A stretch of DNA of 64,000 bases, from NCBI RefSeq assembly GCF_036365525.1, contig NC_090405.1, positions 49,161,749 through 49,225,748 on the forward strand, written 5' to 3'. Position 1 is the stretch's first letter; each line of letters starts with the position of its first letter. Positions 24,621-36,309 of the stretch are shown one piece after another. The stretch is from Heterodontus francisci. Taxonomy: Eukaryota. The position numbers were made by a program, and so were the translations under genes. The notes beneath the pieces are model-generated. The model worked only from the letters and a program-made list of their open reading frames with translations. It did no database searches and was not told the DNA's origin.

Positions 24621-25138
24621 TGTGAAGGAAGGTGGAACCAATATGATGGTCTTTCAGCATTTGTGAGCTTAAAATAGAAACAAAACCAGGGTATTCTGAA
24701 AATGTACCGCAACATAGCTAACACTTGTAAAAAAAAAAATAAATGCCAATCTATTTTTATATGCTGATTAACCTGTTGGGTATTTCTATTTTGTTTCAAA
24801 TTTCCAGGTTATATCGATAAAGTTGGATGGAATACAAATAACACCAAGCTGACCCTTAGGAGCAAGTTGAGGGTTTATAAGGCCTGTGTTCTTAGGACCT
24901 TGTTGTATGGTTGTGAAACATGGGTGACTTTATAGAATCGTAGAAAGTTTAAGGCACAGCCCATTGTGTTTGTGCCAGCCGAAAAAAGATCCACCTATCG
25001 TAATCCCACCTTCCAGCATTTGGTCTGTTACCCTGCAGATTACAGCATTTGAGGCACATATCCAGACTCCTTTTGAATGAGTTGAGGCTCTCTGCCCTTT
25101 CAGGCAGTGAGTTCCAGATTTCCTCATCTCCCCTCTGT

Positions 25139-25497
25139 GGGCGGCATAGTGGCGCAGTGGTTAGCACTGCAGCCTCACAGCTCCAGCGACTCGGGTTCAA
25201 TTCTGGGTACTGCCTGTGTGGAGTTTGCAAGTTCTCCCTGTGTTTGCGTGGGTTTCCTCCGGGTGCTCCGGTTTCCTCCCACATGCCAAAGACTTGCAGG
25301 TTGATAGGTAAATTGGCCATTATCAATTGCCCCTAGTGTAGGTAGGTGGTAGGGAAATATAGGGACAGGTGGGGATGTGGTAGGAATATGGGATTAGTGT
25401 AGCATTAGTATAAATGGGTGGTACATGGTCGGCACAGACTCGGTGGGCTGAAGGGCCTGTTTCAGTGCTGTATCTCTAAACTAAAAAACTAAACTAA
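25139..25497 (+). mobile_element. V-SINE (HE1-type), full length
   Basis: Nearly identical to the 22479 copy. Confidence 0.9.
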
Positions 25498-26521
25498 TTT
25501 TTCTACCAATCACTTTAAATCTATGTATGCCCCCTCGTCAATGACCTCTCTGCTAAGGTGAACAGACCCTTCGCTGCCACTCTATCCAGGCCCCTCAAAA
25601 TTTTGTACATTTCAATCAGATCTCCCCTCAGCCTTCTCTGTTCCAAGGAGAACAACCCCAGCCTATCCAATCTTTCCTCATAGCTGTATTTTTCCAGTCC
25701 TGGTCACATCCTTGTAAATCTCCTCTGTACCCTCTCCAGTGCAATTACATCCTTTCTGTAATGAGGTGAACAGAACTGCACATAGTACTCAAGTTGTGGC
25801 CTAACTAATGAGTTATACAGTTCCAGTATAACCTCCCTGCTCTTATATTCTATACTTAGTCTAATAAAGGAAAGGATTTCATATGCCTTCTTAACCACCT
25901 TATCAACCTGTCCTGCTACCTTTAGGGATCTGTGGACATTCACTTCAAAAGGTCCCTCACGTCCTCTACACTTCTCAGTATTTTCCCATTAATCGTGTAT
26001 TCCTTTGCCTTGTTTGACCTCCCCAATTGCATCACCTCACACTTCTCCAGATTGAATTCCATTTGCCACATTTCTGCCCATTGGTCCAGACAATCAATAT
26101 CTTCCTACAGCTATCCTCCTTGCTATCTACCACACGAACAATCTTTGTTTTGTCTGCAAACTTCTTGATCATGCCCCCTACATTAACGTCCAAATCGTTA
26201 ATATACACCACAAAAAGCAGGGGACCCAGTACAGAGCCCTGCAGAACGTCACTGGAAACAGCCCTCCAGTCACTAAAACAGCTGTCAACAATTACCCTTT
26301 GTTTCCTGCCACTGAGCCAATTTTGTATCCATCTTGCTGCATTTCCCTGGATCCATGGGATTTTATTTTTTTAACGAGTCTGTCATGTGGGACCTTGTCA
26401 AAAACCTTGCTAAAATCCATGGAAACCACATCAACTGCACTACCCTCATCGATCTTCCTTGTTACTTCTTCAAAAAATTCGATCAAGTTAGTCAAACAAG
26501 ATCTTCCCTTAACAAATCCAT

Positions 26522-27151
26522 TGTGGGAGCAATTTTGCTGAGTTTTGCTTCTATACCTATTATTTTGTAAGTAGATTAATACAATCCTAGTGAGAACGTC
26601 TACACATATTCTCTCTTATATGAGTTGAAAGTATAGCCACATATTGATACAAAATGGAGTTTTAGCCCGAGGCACTGTGGGACAGATTTAGTGAGCTCAC
26701 AGTTGGAGCTTGGTACAGCATAACACAAATAACGAGAGGGGGCCCCTCTTATCAGTGAATCTGCAGACTGCCCGGCACCTTCAGGAATGCAGGCCCATTT
26801 AAAGTGACAATTGGGAGACTTCAGGACAATGGATGGGACCTGAGCTCATCAATTGATGATCAGGGCCGGCATAAGCTGATCAGTTCACCACATGATGCCT
26901 AATCAGTGATTTAATTGGTACTAAGTGTAATGTATGTAATCAATAACCATTCTGATTGGATTGTGTCCAGCCGGGATGGGCTGAGTAACTGTATATCCAT
27001 TGTGGATTTCCTTTGTTCTAGAGAGTAACACTGGACTGCTTTTAGGTAAGGTGTGCTCTCCATGATATCATGAATAAAGTCTGTTTATTCTCAAAGTCTG
27101 AGTCCGGAGAATTTGTTGAATCATCGGGTTTTAACTGGATTTTCTCCAACA
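26522..27151 (+). mobile_element. Solo LTR (630 bp) with 5-bp TSD
   Basis: TG...CA ends with a short inverted repeat (tgtgggag / ctccaaca); TSD TCCAT at 26517-26521 and 27152-27156; AATAAA at 27073; ctgattgg at ~26952. Confidence 0.88.
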
Positions 27152-27183
27152 TCCATGCTAACTAACCTTGATTAATCAGGGCC

Positions 27184-27730
27184 TTACAGCTACCAGTAAG
27201 AGAAGCTCAATAATTTCCATCTTTGCTGTCTGGCAGGATAAAATGACTAAGTCTTCTCAAAGGCACTAATCAAACAGATGGCTTCGGTGGATTGGACACA
27301 TCAACCGGATGGAAGACAGTTGCATACCTAAGGACCTTCTGTATGGTGAGGTAGCCAAGTCTAAACGACCAGTGGGGCGCCCAAAGCTCCACTTCAAGGA
27401 TGCTTGCAAGCGTCACATGAAGGCCCTAATAGTTGACAATCGCACCTTGTAGTCACAAACTGGTGAAAGAGGGAAATGGCGACACATTGCGTGGACTGGT
27501 GTGCACTACCACGATGACCAGTGGCTACAGCAGCTTGACAACAGGCGCCGACACTGAAGACAACTCACAGCATCACTTAGCAGCTTCACCTGCGGCACTC
27601 GTGGCAGAACCAGTCTCTCAACGATTGGTCTTCACAGCCATTAGCAAACGTGCACCAAGAGAAGACGCCCCACCTCCATGGATTGTTTGCTGCCTGTCCA
27701 TCATCTTTTGTAGCTGGAAGGATGCCAGCC
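27184..27730 (+). mobile_element. Older RTE-clade fragment (continues 24810-24930)
   Basis: 24810-24930 encodes KLRVYKACVLRTLLYGCETWVT. The next RTE residues (EKLNNFHL...WQDK, RWIGHINRMED, PKDLLYGE) resume at ~27184. Confidence 0.78.
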
Positions 27731-27787
27731 AGTACAGGCTGTTAAAAACCAATCACTTAACCAACAAATTTTTGATCTTAAGATCAA

Positions 27788-28025
27788 AGTGCTGGAAATA
27801 CTCAGCAGGTCTGGCAGCATCAGTGGAGAGAGAAGCAGAGTTAATGTTTCAGTTCAATGACCTTTCATCAGAACTCGTCCATCAGTCCCAATCAGCTCCA
27901 CCCAAGGTCATTGACCTGAAACGTTAACCCTATTTCTCTCTCCACGGATGCTTCCAGACCTGCTGAGTATTTCCATCACTTTCTATATTTATTTCAGGTT
28001 TCCAGCATCTACAGTATTTTGCTTT
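27788..28025. mobile_element. Inverted pair of Penelope-type terminal repeats
   Basis: Arms ~27788-27865 and ~27905-27981 are reverse complements. The same ~110-bp unit recurs at ~19648, ~29160, ~47490, ~53555 and ~59640. Confidence 0.65.
27838..27876 (-). ncRNA. Minimal type I hammerhead ribozyme motif
   Basis: Minus strand reads GAGTT-CTGATGA-a-AGGTCA-t-TGAACT-GAAAC-ATT-AACTC: stem I, catalytic core, stem II and GAAA. The intact form (TGACCT, GAAACGTT) is seen in the neighbouring arm at ~27905-27930. Confidence 0.6.
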
Positions 28026-29920
28026 GATTTTTGATGTTAACTTGTTTCTTTATTCAATTTTGATAGTATAGCTTTCAAAATGAAAACATTTTGTTTTAAA
28101 ACATGAATGGGGACATAGCCCACAAAAACCATGGATAAAAGAACAGAAAAGGACAACAAAATACGGTAAATGCCTCTCTGTCTTTTTCTGCTCCTACCAA
28201 AGCTTTGCAGGGAAATGGTTGAATTGTGTTCTCAGAGTTGAATTTAAAATTGACCCCAATACTGATTCCATGGTTAAACTAAATGTTGGGAAATGGCTTG
28301 TTAAACAAAACATGATTCAGACTAAAATTGTTACTTAAACATGGCATTCCTCGCCAATGATAAGACAGCTAACATTGAGTGTGAGCTCAGGAATAACTTG
28401 TTGGTGGGACATAAATAATGCAATGCCCTATCTGATCCTCAGCTGTGGAGGACCCTTTGTTGAAGAAATATTGTAAGTGAAGGGAGTAAAAATTGGAATA
28501 TAGCATGCCATGTCTCCATGGCTCATTAATTTGGACATTTTCCAGAACCTTTATGCGTCTGTTAGAAATGAATAACACCAAAAGAGGTGTCCCCTTCAGA
28601 TACAGTATCACTTAATTTGTATAGAAAGGGGTTTTTCTTTGAATATAAGATACAAGGGGTGCATGACGCACCTCTTCAGTTTCTTTTTGTCTTCCTCAAA
28701 TACAGATTCTCTTTGTAGTTAAAGTAAGATGATCTTTTCTTCTTTAGTCATCTGTAGCAAATACATGTACTTGTGAAAGTACTCAAATCACAAAATAAAG
28801 TCAGACAGAGAATGAAGTCGTAAAATTCAGAATGTATGGCTACACTAGTCAGTTACAAAAAGAGATAAGTCCTTCACTTAACTATAAAAGTGTCTGAGAT
28901 CAAGAAAGGTTATTCAATTTGCTGGGAAACCCTATCTATAACCACTTAAGTCCATTAATTGTTTGTACGCTCCACAGTTAATTTTAAGAACTATAATTGT
29001 GATTATGTAGTTAATAAATAGTTGTAGTAGTGTATGCCTTTTGTTTGACCTCTTATTTGATGGTTTGGCAAGAAAGGGTAAATTAATTTACTCAGTAGTT
29101 TCCAGTATTTGCAAGGAAAGTACTATCTTCTTCAGTGTGAATTAAAAGAAATCAAAAAGCAAAATTGCAGGCAACTTAAAACAAAAATTGAAAGTGCTGG
29201 AAACACTTGGCAGCTCAGGCCAGCTCAATGGAAAGAAAGAAGGGTTAACATGTCAGGCCGATGAACTTTTGTCAGGACCAGGGATGTTACAGATGAACAG
29301 CTTATAAGGAGGAACAGACCAGGGGAAAAGGGGCAGGGAGAGTAAAAATAATTTTCTATGATTAGGTGATGAAATGATAGAACTGATTTTCTGCCATTTA
29401 ATTATCCAATTTACAAAAAAATAGGGTTTGTTCTATGATCATCTTTCATTTTTTTGCTAACAGAGATTTCTTCCAATCCTCAAAGAGTTGCACTCTTTAA
29501 TTTGGCATTAATGGCAATTGAATCTAATTGGTAACATGAATCTGCAAGAACATAACAAGCACAAGTTAAATATTGTGTATTAATATATTCAAATCATTTT
29601 GTCAAAATTCTAAATAAAGCACTAATGAAAAGAGAAATACAGTGCATTACAATATTAATACATAACATTTCCTACATTACAACAGTGACTACACTAATAA
29701 AAGTTGGCTGTAAAACATGTTCAGACTTCCTGTGTTCATGAAAGCCCCTACATAAATGCAAGATCTTTTTTTCTTTTAAGGATGGCTGTTGTGGAAAATG
29801 GGAAAATTGTCATATAGATGCAGTAGGGAATGCACTTCATGCAAAGTGCCATGATCTTTGCTGTGCATTACCTGGCCTGGGAGTTTTTGGTGCCTCAATT
29901 GCAGTACTAATAGTAGTGCC

Positions 29921-30765
29921 TGTCTGGCCCAATGAGTAGCACTCTTCCCTCTGAGTCAAAAGAGTGTGGTTTCAAGTTCCACTCCAGAAACTTGAGCACA
30001 AAAGTCCAAGTTAATTGCAGTAATGAGGGAGTACTGCACTGTTGCATGTGTTTTCTTTTGGATGAAACATAAAACCAAAACCTGTCTGCCCTCTCAGGTA
30101 GATGTAAAAGATTCCACGGCACAATTTCCAAGAAGAGCAGGGAAGTTATCCTCAGTATCCTAGCCAATATTTATCCCTCAACGAACATCACTAAAACAAA
30201 TTATCTGGTCACTATCACATTGCTGTTTGTGGCAGCTTGCTGTGTGCAAATTGGCTGCCACATTTCCTACATTACAACACTTGGGGACGCCCTGAGGTCG
30301 TGAGATGCCCTTTGGTCTGTCCGAAACTTGCTGGTCTTCCAGCGCAAAGAGTTGTCCACCACCGAATGTTGCAGACTGGCACATTCCAAGGTCCAGGACT
30401 ACGTGCTGAGGGATGCACTAAAGCTTGGGGCAGCCGCAGCAAAGGCTCAATGGGGAAAGACCACAGTGTAAGGTTCCCCCACCAAGCTGAACTGAGGGGC
30501 TGGATCCATGGGAAACCCCTTGAACTGTATCGTTAATATTCTCAATTGCTGTAAATGTAAAACTGTAATTGACATGACAATTGTGAAACGGAAGGGTTGG
30601 GAAGAAACTTATGACAGTATTGAAGGAAATTGATCTGCCTTGCAATGTTTGTATTTTTTGGTGCTGTTTTGAAACTGTAAAAACTAATTTTTACAGATTT
30701 TTATGAATAAAGTATATTTTGGAAATTAAAAAAAAAGGCGCTCTATAAATGCAAGTCTTTCTTTA
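29921..30765 (+). mobile_element. DeuSINE (SacSINE1/AmnSINE-like) split by an L1/Tx1 insertion
   Basis: tRNA-like head, Deu-like core (gatgtaaaagattccacggcac...cctagccaatattt), and tail gacgccctgaggtcgtga|aaggcgctctataaatgcaag interrupted at 30303/30737. Confidence 0.8.
30304..30736 (+). mobile_element. L1/Tx1-clade LINE 3' end
   Basis: Frame from 30304 reads DALWSVRNLLVFQRKEL...WGKTTV* (W..RN..VF motif of L1-group ORF2 ends), followed by a 3' UTR, AATAAA at 30706 and an A-tail at 30728-30736. Confidence 0.75.
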
Positions 30766-30954
30766 GAAAGAAAAATGCCCACGACAAAAATTAAGTATTG
30801 TGACCTGTGATGATAATTGGGATGTGATAATTCAGGAGGAGAAAAACTGTCAGTGCATCCTGGTGCTATCCAAGAAAGTAAAAATACAAGTTTTTTTGGT
30901 GGGAGGGTTGGAAAAGTTTTGCTGTCCATATTGACTGTGCCCATTGTTGCCTCC

Positions 30955-31050
30955 AGCTGCTGCGCCCCCTGCGGGTCTGCATAAGGAAGTGGCGGCCTGT
31001 CGCTGCCGGAAGTGACGGCCTGTCGCTGCCGGAAGTGACGGCGGAAGCTC
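30955..31050 (+). promoter_or_regulatory. RCN2 promoter: CTCF-like motif plus tandem ETS (GABPA/ELK-type) sites
   Basis: gcgccccctgcggg at 30962-30975; GGAAG cores at 30985, 31008, 31031 and 31043, with CCGGAAGTG twice; small CpG-rich patch. Confidence 0.72.
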
Positions 31051-31100
31051 GCGGTTGGGAGCCTGACAACCGTCGGTTAGAAGCGAGGAGGCTGAGGGAG
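31030..31100 (+). other. RCN2: Probable non-coding exon 1 of RCN2 (5' boundary approximate)
   Basis: Strong donor GAG|gtaaga at 31100/31101 just after the ETS cluster. The ATG exon is preceded by a good acceptor (tttttctgcag| at 35182). Confidence 0.65.
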
Positions 31101-33473
31101 GTAAGATGGAGAGATTGGGGGACTGGGCAGTCACCTCAAATCCCCAACTCAGGGAGGATGCAGTGCCGCCTCTGTAAATACTAGTGAAAGGGAATTCCCC
31201 CGGAGAGGAGGGAGGGGAAGCTACAGGATGATGGGTTTGGTGGTGAACAGCTGTGAAACCCCCATATTGCACAAGAAACGGTTTTTGCTTTTAAACGTTA
31301 TTTTGCCTTAAAAATAGATTTTCCGTTAAGTTTTAAAAAAATTCTATTTTGCCCTGTTAACATTTTTCAATTTTGTCTAAAAAAAAAACTTTAAAAAAAA
31401 ATTAATTGTAATTTTTCTCAAATTAAGTTTCCTTTTTTTTTTCTATATAAACAGTTAAAATGCTGTGCCAATTCCTACTATAACATTTCATACAGAGCTG
31501 AAATCTAATCTTCAGGATCAGATTCCTGTTACTGAACCAGTTGATTATTGTATTGTAACTGCTAATGGATGTTCATCTTGTGCAGGTACAGTGCCAAACA
31601 TATTGTACTGTAGGAAATTAGCTACAGAGCTAACAATGTCTATGAAATAAAGAATATATGTACAGTGTTTATACTTGTACAGAACACTAATCGGTTCGTA
31701 CTAACAATTGTGAGTGGGAAAATGTTGCCTTTTCACCACGGTCTGTTCTGCAGTTGTCAGTAAATGTGCCTCAGGATTCAGTGGTCAGAAATTGGAACAG
31801 ATTTCCACATGGTGAAACAAAGCATTTACCTAAAACTGTTTAATACATGCTTTAATGAAAGTAAGCGTCTGGCAGTAAGCTACTGTGCATCTAAATTTCT
31901 TCTTCCAATAAATATTTTGAGCTTGTATGTGTTTTTGAGAATAAAAATTACTCAGCAGTCTGCCTCAAAGCAATAATCTCTGCTAAGGCACATTGATAAA
32001 TGAAAGCTGTGTCATGAGAAACAATAAATTATATAATTTATTAACACAAGTGAACAGGGACTAATAAATTTCCAACAATGTACACATAAGTATAGTTATG
32101 TCATGGCTAAGATGTTTAAAAAAAAATCATAATCTTCTGCCTCTCATCATGTGTTCTATTCATGAGAATTATTTTTCTGTTTTTCTTTTGGCGGTAAGCA
32201 ATGATTTGTGTAGTTTTCAATAGGACGTTCTAGCAGAACTATGTGCATCTGTAAAACTGACAGCTAAAATTTAGGCTTCTCGCCAAAATATTTTGTTGGT
32301 GCCCCAGAACAAAAAGTAAGCTATCACAGGAAGTTGTTGCTTTTTTTTAACTCAAAATTTGACCTGAGCTTATAGTTTTACAAATAGCAATGATGGGATG
32401 GGGTGGGGAGCAATCAATCCTTATAAATCTTTATACCATTGAAGTATACACCATGTTAATCTCTCTAAACCAGAAAACAGCATGTTGAATCATGTAGTAC
32501 AGAAGGAGGCCGTTTGTCCTAGATAGTTGAGGATTAGCATTACTAATTAAGTTTATTGTAAGAAGTAAAACTGTGCAAAGGTAAGTACAAAATCAGCAGA
32601 TAAAATAACATACACTACACCATCTGTTCTGCAAAAGTTTCAAATTCTTAGCCATTCTCTTCACTAACTTGGAAAAACTGTGGCATGTGAACCTCACAGA
32701 TGTTCTTCTAGCAGCACAGCAAAATATGTAACTGAGGAACATAGGGGATTAAATTCCATTATAATTGCTTTGCTTTGTTGTATAATCCAGTATAAAGTTT
32801 GAAATGAGTATCCCACCCGAATAATCTGAAACTGTCATGCTTTAAAATATTTACTGCAGTGCAAAATCAGATGAAAAAAGCAGATGTGACTAAACTGAAC
32901 AACTGCTGTCTATTCAAATAGGATCTCCCTAAATTAGATCTGAGTTCCAAAGAAATTCCTGTGTACAGTCCTCCGATTCCAATCTTGATGCAAAGTACAG
33001 TTGGTTTTCAACATACAATGCAGGTGTAGATTTCACTTTGCCTGCCAGTGCTTGATCTGAATCAGAGGTGTTCTTAATTGTAGAAGCTATGTTTTACTCT
33101 TCAAACATTGCAGTTACTAAATCAAGCAACAAATTCATGTCAAATACTGTAGAAGTTCCTATAACTTGAAATTGGCCAGCTTTTACAGTCCGTTGGATCT
33201 ACTGGAATTGTGCAGGAACAGCCCAGAGCATCTTGGAGTTTTTGTATTTTTGTAATTGTTGACTCTATTGAGGTTTTTGTAACCCATAACTTGTATTACT
33301 TGGATTTATTCATTTTGTTACTTCTCTGAAGTATTTTGTGAGCCAAGTAGTTAGTGATTTGGTTTTAATAGTAACGATGTTAACTTGCTGAGTATTAGTT
33401 TTGAATGTGCTGTAGATTTTCTTGATTGCTGCAGACTGTGCTTTATGCCACTACCAATTTAGGCAGTGTTATG

Positions 33474-33991
33474 ACTACATCTCCAACACAGTAGTCCTCG
33501 AGGCAGCCAACATCCCCAGCTTATACACACTACTGAGTCAGCGGCGCTTGAGATGGCTTGGCCATGTGAGCCGCATGGAAGATGGCAGGATCCCCAAAGA
33601 CACATTGTACAGCGAGCTCGCCACTGTTATCAGACCCACCGGCTGTCCATGTCTCCGCTTTAAAGACGTCTGCAAACGCGACATGAAGTCCTGTGACATT
33701 GATCACAAGTCGTGGGGGTCAGTTGCCAGCGATCGCCAGAGTTGGCGGGCAGCCATAAAGGCAGGGCTAAAGTGTGGCGAGTTGAAGAGACTTAGCAGTT
33801 GGCAGGAAAAAAGACAGAAGCGCAAGGGGAGAGCCAACTGCGTAACAGCCCCAACAACCAATTTTTTCTGCAGCACCTGTGGAAGAGTCTGTCACTGTAG
33901 TATTGGCCATTATAGCCACTCCAGGCGCTGCTCCACTAACCACCCCCAGGCGCTTACCCATTGTCTCCCGAGACAAGGAGGCCAAAGAAGA
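33474..33991 (+). mobile_element. RTE-clade LINE 3' end flanked by an 80-bp direct repeat
   Basis: Same family as 12434 and 56483. Direct repeats at 33394-33473 and 33992-34071. Confidence 0.92.
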
Positions 33992-34204
33992 ATTAGTTTT
34001 GAATGTGCTGTAGATTTTCTTGATTGCTGCAGACTGTGCTTTATGCCTCTACCAATTTAGGCAGTGTTATGGCTTTTCAGTTTTGACAGACTAGCCCTGA
34101 AAGCAGGCTGTCAAGTCACCCTGTCCCCTTGACCATGGATAGTGTGTGACTCAGAAAGACGCAACTTGGGGAACGGGAGAGGTGAACATAAAAAGAAGCT
34201 GTGC

Positions 34205-35105
34205 CTTCATAAAAAGTGTAGCCAAATTTGAGGACGATGCAAAGATAGGTAGGAAACAAGCTGTGAGGAGAGCAAAGTATCTGCAAAGAGATATAGATAG
34301 GTTAAATGAGTGGACAAAAATTTGGCAGATGGAGTATAATGTGGGAAAATGCGAGGTTGTCCACTTTGGCATGATGAATAGAAAAGCAGAATATTATTTA
34401 CATGGAGAGACTGCAGAATGTGTGGTACAGAGGGATCTGGGTGTCCTGATACATGAATCACAAGTTAGCAGGCAGGTACAGCAAGTAATTAGGAAGGCAA
34501 ATGGAATGTTGTCTTTCCTTGCAAGGGGGTTGGAGTATAAAAGTGGGGACGTTTTGCTACAACTGTACAGGGTCTTGGTGAGACTGCACAGTTTTAGTCT
34601 CCTGATGTAAGGAGGGATATACTTGCATTGGAAGCAGTTCAGAGAAGGCTCATTGGGATGAAGGGGTTTTATGAGGAATGGTTGAGCAGGTTTGGCCTAT
34701 ACTCATTGCACTTTAGAAAATTGAGAGGTGATGTTATTGAAATATATAAGATTCTGAGGAGGCTTGACAGGGTAGATGCTGAAAGGATGTTTTCCCTCAT
34801 GGGGGAATCTAGAACTAGGGGGCACGGTTTCAAAATAAGAGGTCTCCCATTTAAGATGGAGTTGAGGAGGAATTTCTGCTCTGAGCGTTGTTAATCTTGG
34901 AATTTTCTTTCCCCAGAGAGCGGTGGAGCCTGGGTCATTGATTATATTCAAGACTGAGTTTGATAGATTTTTGATTTACAAGAGAGTCAAGGGTCATCGA
35001 GGGCAGGCAGGAAAGTGGCACAATGAAATCAACCGTGATCTTATTGAATGGCGGAGTGGACTTGAGGGGCCGAATGGCCTACTCCTGTTCCTATTTCTTA
35101 TGATC
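34205..35105 (+). mobile_element. CR1-group LINE 3' fragment
   Basis: AKFEDD, LQRDIDRL, WQMEYNVGKCEVVHFG, RDLGV and TRGH motifs; tail gggccgaatggcctactcctg. Confidence 0.88.
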
Positions 35106-35215
35106 TTATGTAATTGTACAGAGATGAATCAGAAAAATAAGTTTTAAGTGTGAAATGACACAACCCTTCAATTTTTCTGCAGCCACTTGTGGTATTGAAG
35201 CCTACTCGACAGAAG

Positions 35216-35365
35216 ATGCAGTTCCAAGTGTTTGTCAGCTGTACTTTAATTGTGACATGCTCCGCACACTTTCATCATAAACATGAGGCAGTTGTTGCTG
35301 AGGACCACTATATGGATGGTGAACACAGCTCAGAGTACGATCGGGAAGTCCTGTTTGGCGGAGAG
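35216..35365 (+). CDS. RCN2: RCN2 coding exon 1 (signal peptide; exon begins 35183)
   Basis: MQFQVFVSCTLIVTCSA (hydrophobic leader) ...SEYDREVLFGGE; donor GAG|gtagga, phase 0. Confidence 0.88.
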
Positions 35366-35595
35366 GTAGGAAATTCCATTCAGTCCGATTGACTTATCAA
35401 AATGAAAAGGGAGAATGTTATGAAAAAAATTTTTTAAATGTGGGCCCCCTCTTAAATTTTTGCAGTCTTGAACTTTTTTAATTTTTAAGTACCTAAGCTA
35501 TTCTTTCTCTCCACCTTTTCCAATTTTTTCCCCATTTCATTTCTCTTCTGAATGACATTTTGATAGTTACATATGCAAAAAAGTGTTTTTAAAAA

Positions 35596-36309
35596 GGCCC
35601 AGGTTTTGCGGTCAGCGACGAAGCAAGGGTGCTCGCCACTAATTTCAAAGAAAGCCACATACAAAGACCAGCGATCTCTGGTGTGGTTTTCCTCTTTCCT
35701 TACAGCAGTTTAGGTCTGACACTAAGTCAAGAGGATATCTTAGCGTGCAGCAGCGTTTATGTCAGCAAGCAGGTAAGAAGCCAATCACACTAAACTATTT
35801 ACACGCAGCAAACCAGGAACTTGAAAGCACTTAATATCCATGACTTTTAATTTAAGTTTTCAGGTAGAGAAATAAATAGTTATGGTTGGATTAAGATAGA
35901 AGCTAAAAAAAAGATAAACTTTAAAAAAAATTAAAATATTAAATTTTTTTATCATTATGGAGTAATTGGACATTCCAGGGTTACTGAGGGTGTTTAGCAG
36001 TAATAATGAAGTTAGCGCACCATTTAAAACTCAGTTACACCTCATTCAAAAGGTGTAACTACTTCAACGGTTTTACAGCGAGACTAATGGTGTAAAAGTG
36101 GAAGTTCTAGCCAATTCAATTTGATTTCACATTGATTGCAGTCTAGGAATGCCTCAACAGTACGCCCTCTGGTAAGTATAGAATAACTGGCAGCAACTTC
36201 TGGATTTCCTCATTATTCGGCACATGTGTGTACTCCAGAAGTTGCTGTCAGTTGTGGTGGAGTCGAACACTGACAGTTTCACTGTCATTACCACTGCAAA
36301 GTCTAGGCC
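35596..36309. mobile_element. MITE-like element with imperfect terminal inverted repeats
   Basis: ggcccaggttttgc ... gcaaagtctaggcc; no coding capacity. Confidence 0.45.

Larger units (their letters stand above)
24933..27180 (-). mobile_element. CR1-group LINE fragment interrupted by a V-SINE and a solo LTR
   Basis: Minus ORF pieces (LTNLIEFFEEVT, MDFSKVFDKVPH, LVRPQLEYYVQF, WNSLP). Sequence resumes after each insertion. Confidence 0.88.

Noticed and set aside
23655-24799. Overlapping long ORFs (158, 106, 137 and 176 aa) around the CpG island
   Set aside because: Expected from GC-rich, stop-poor sequence. Only the 24183 frame combines a good ATG context with a phase-0 donor.
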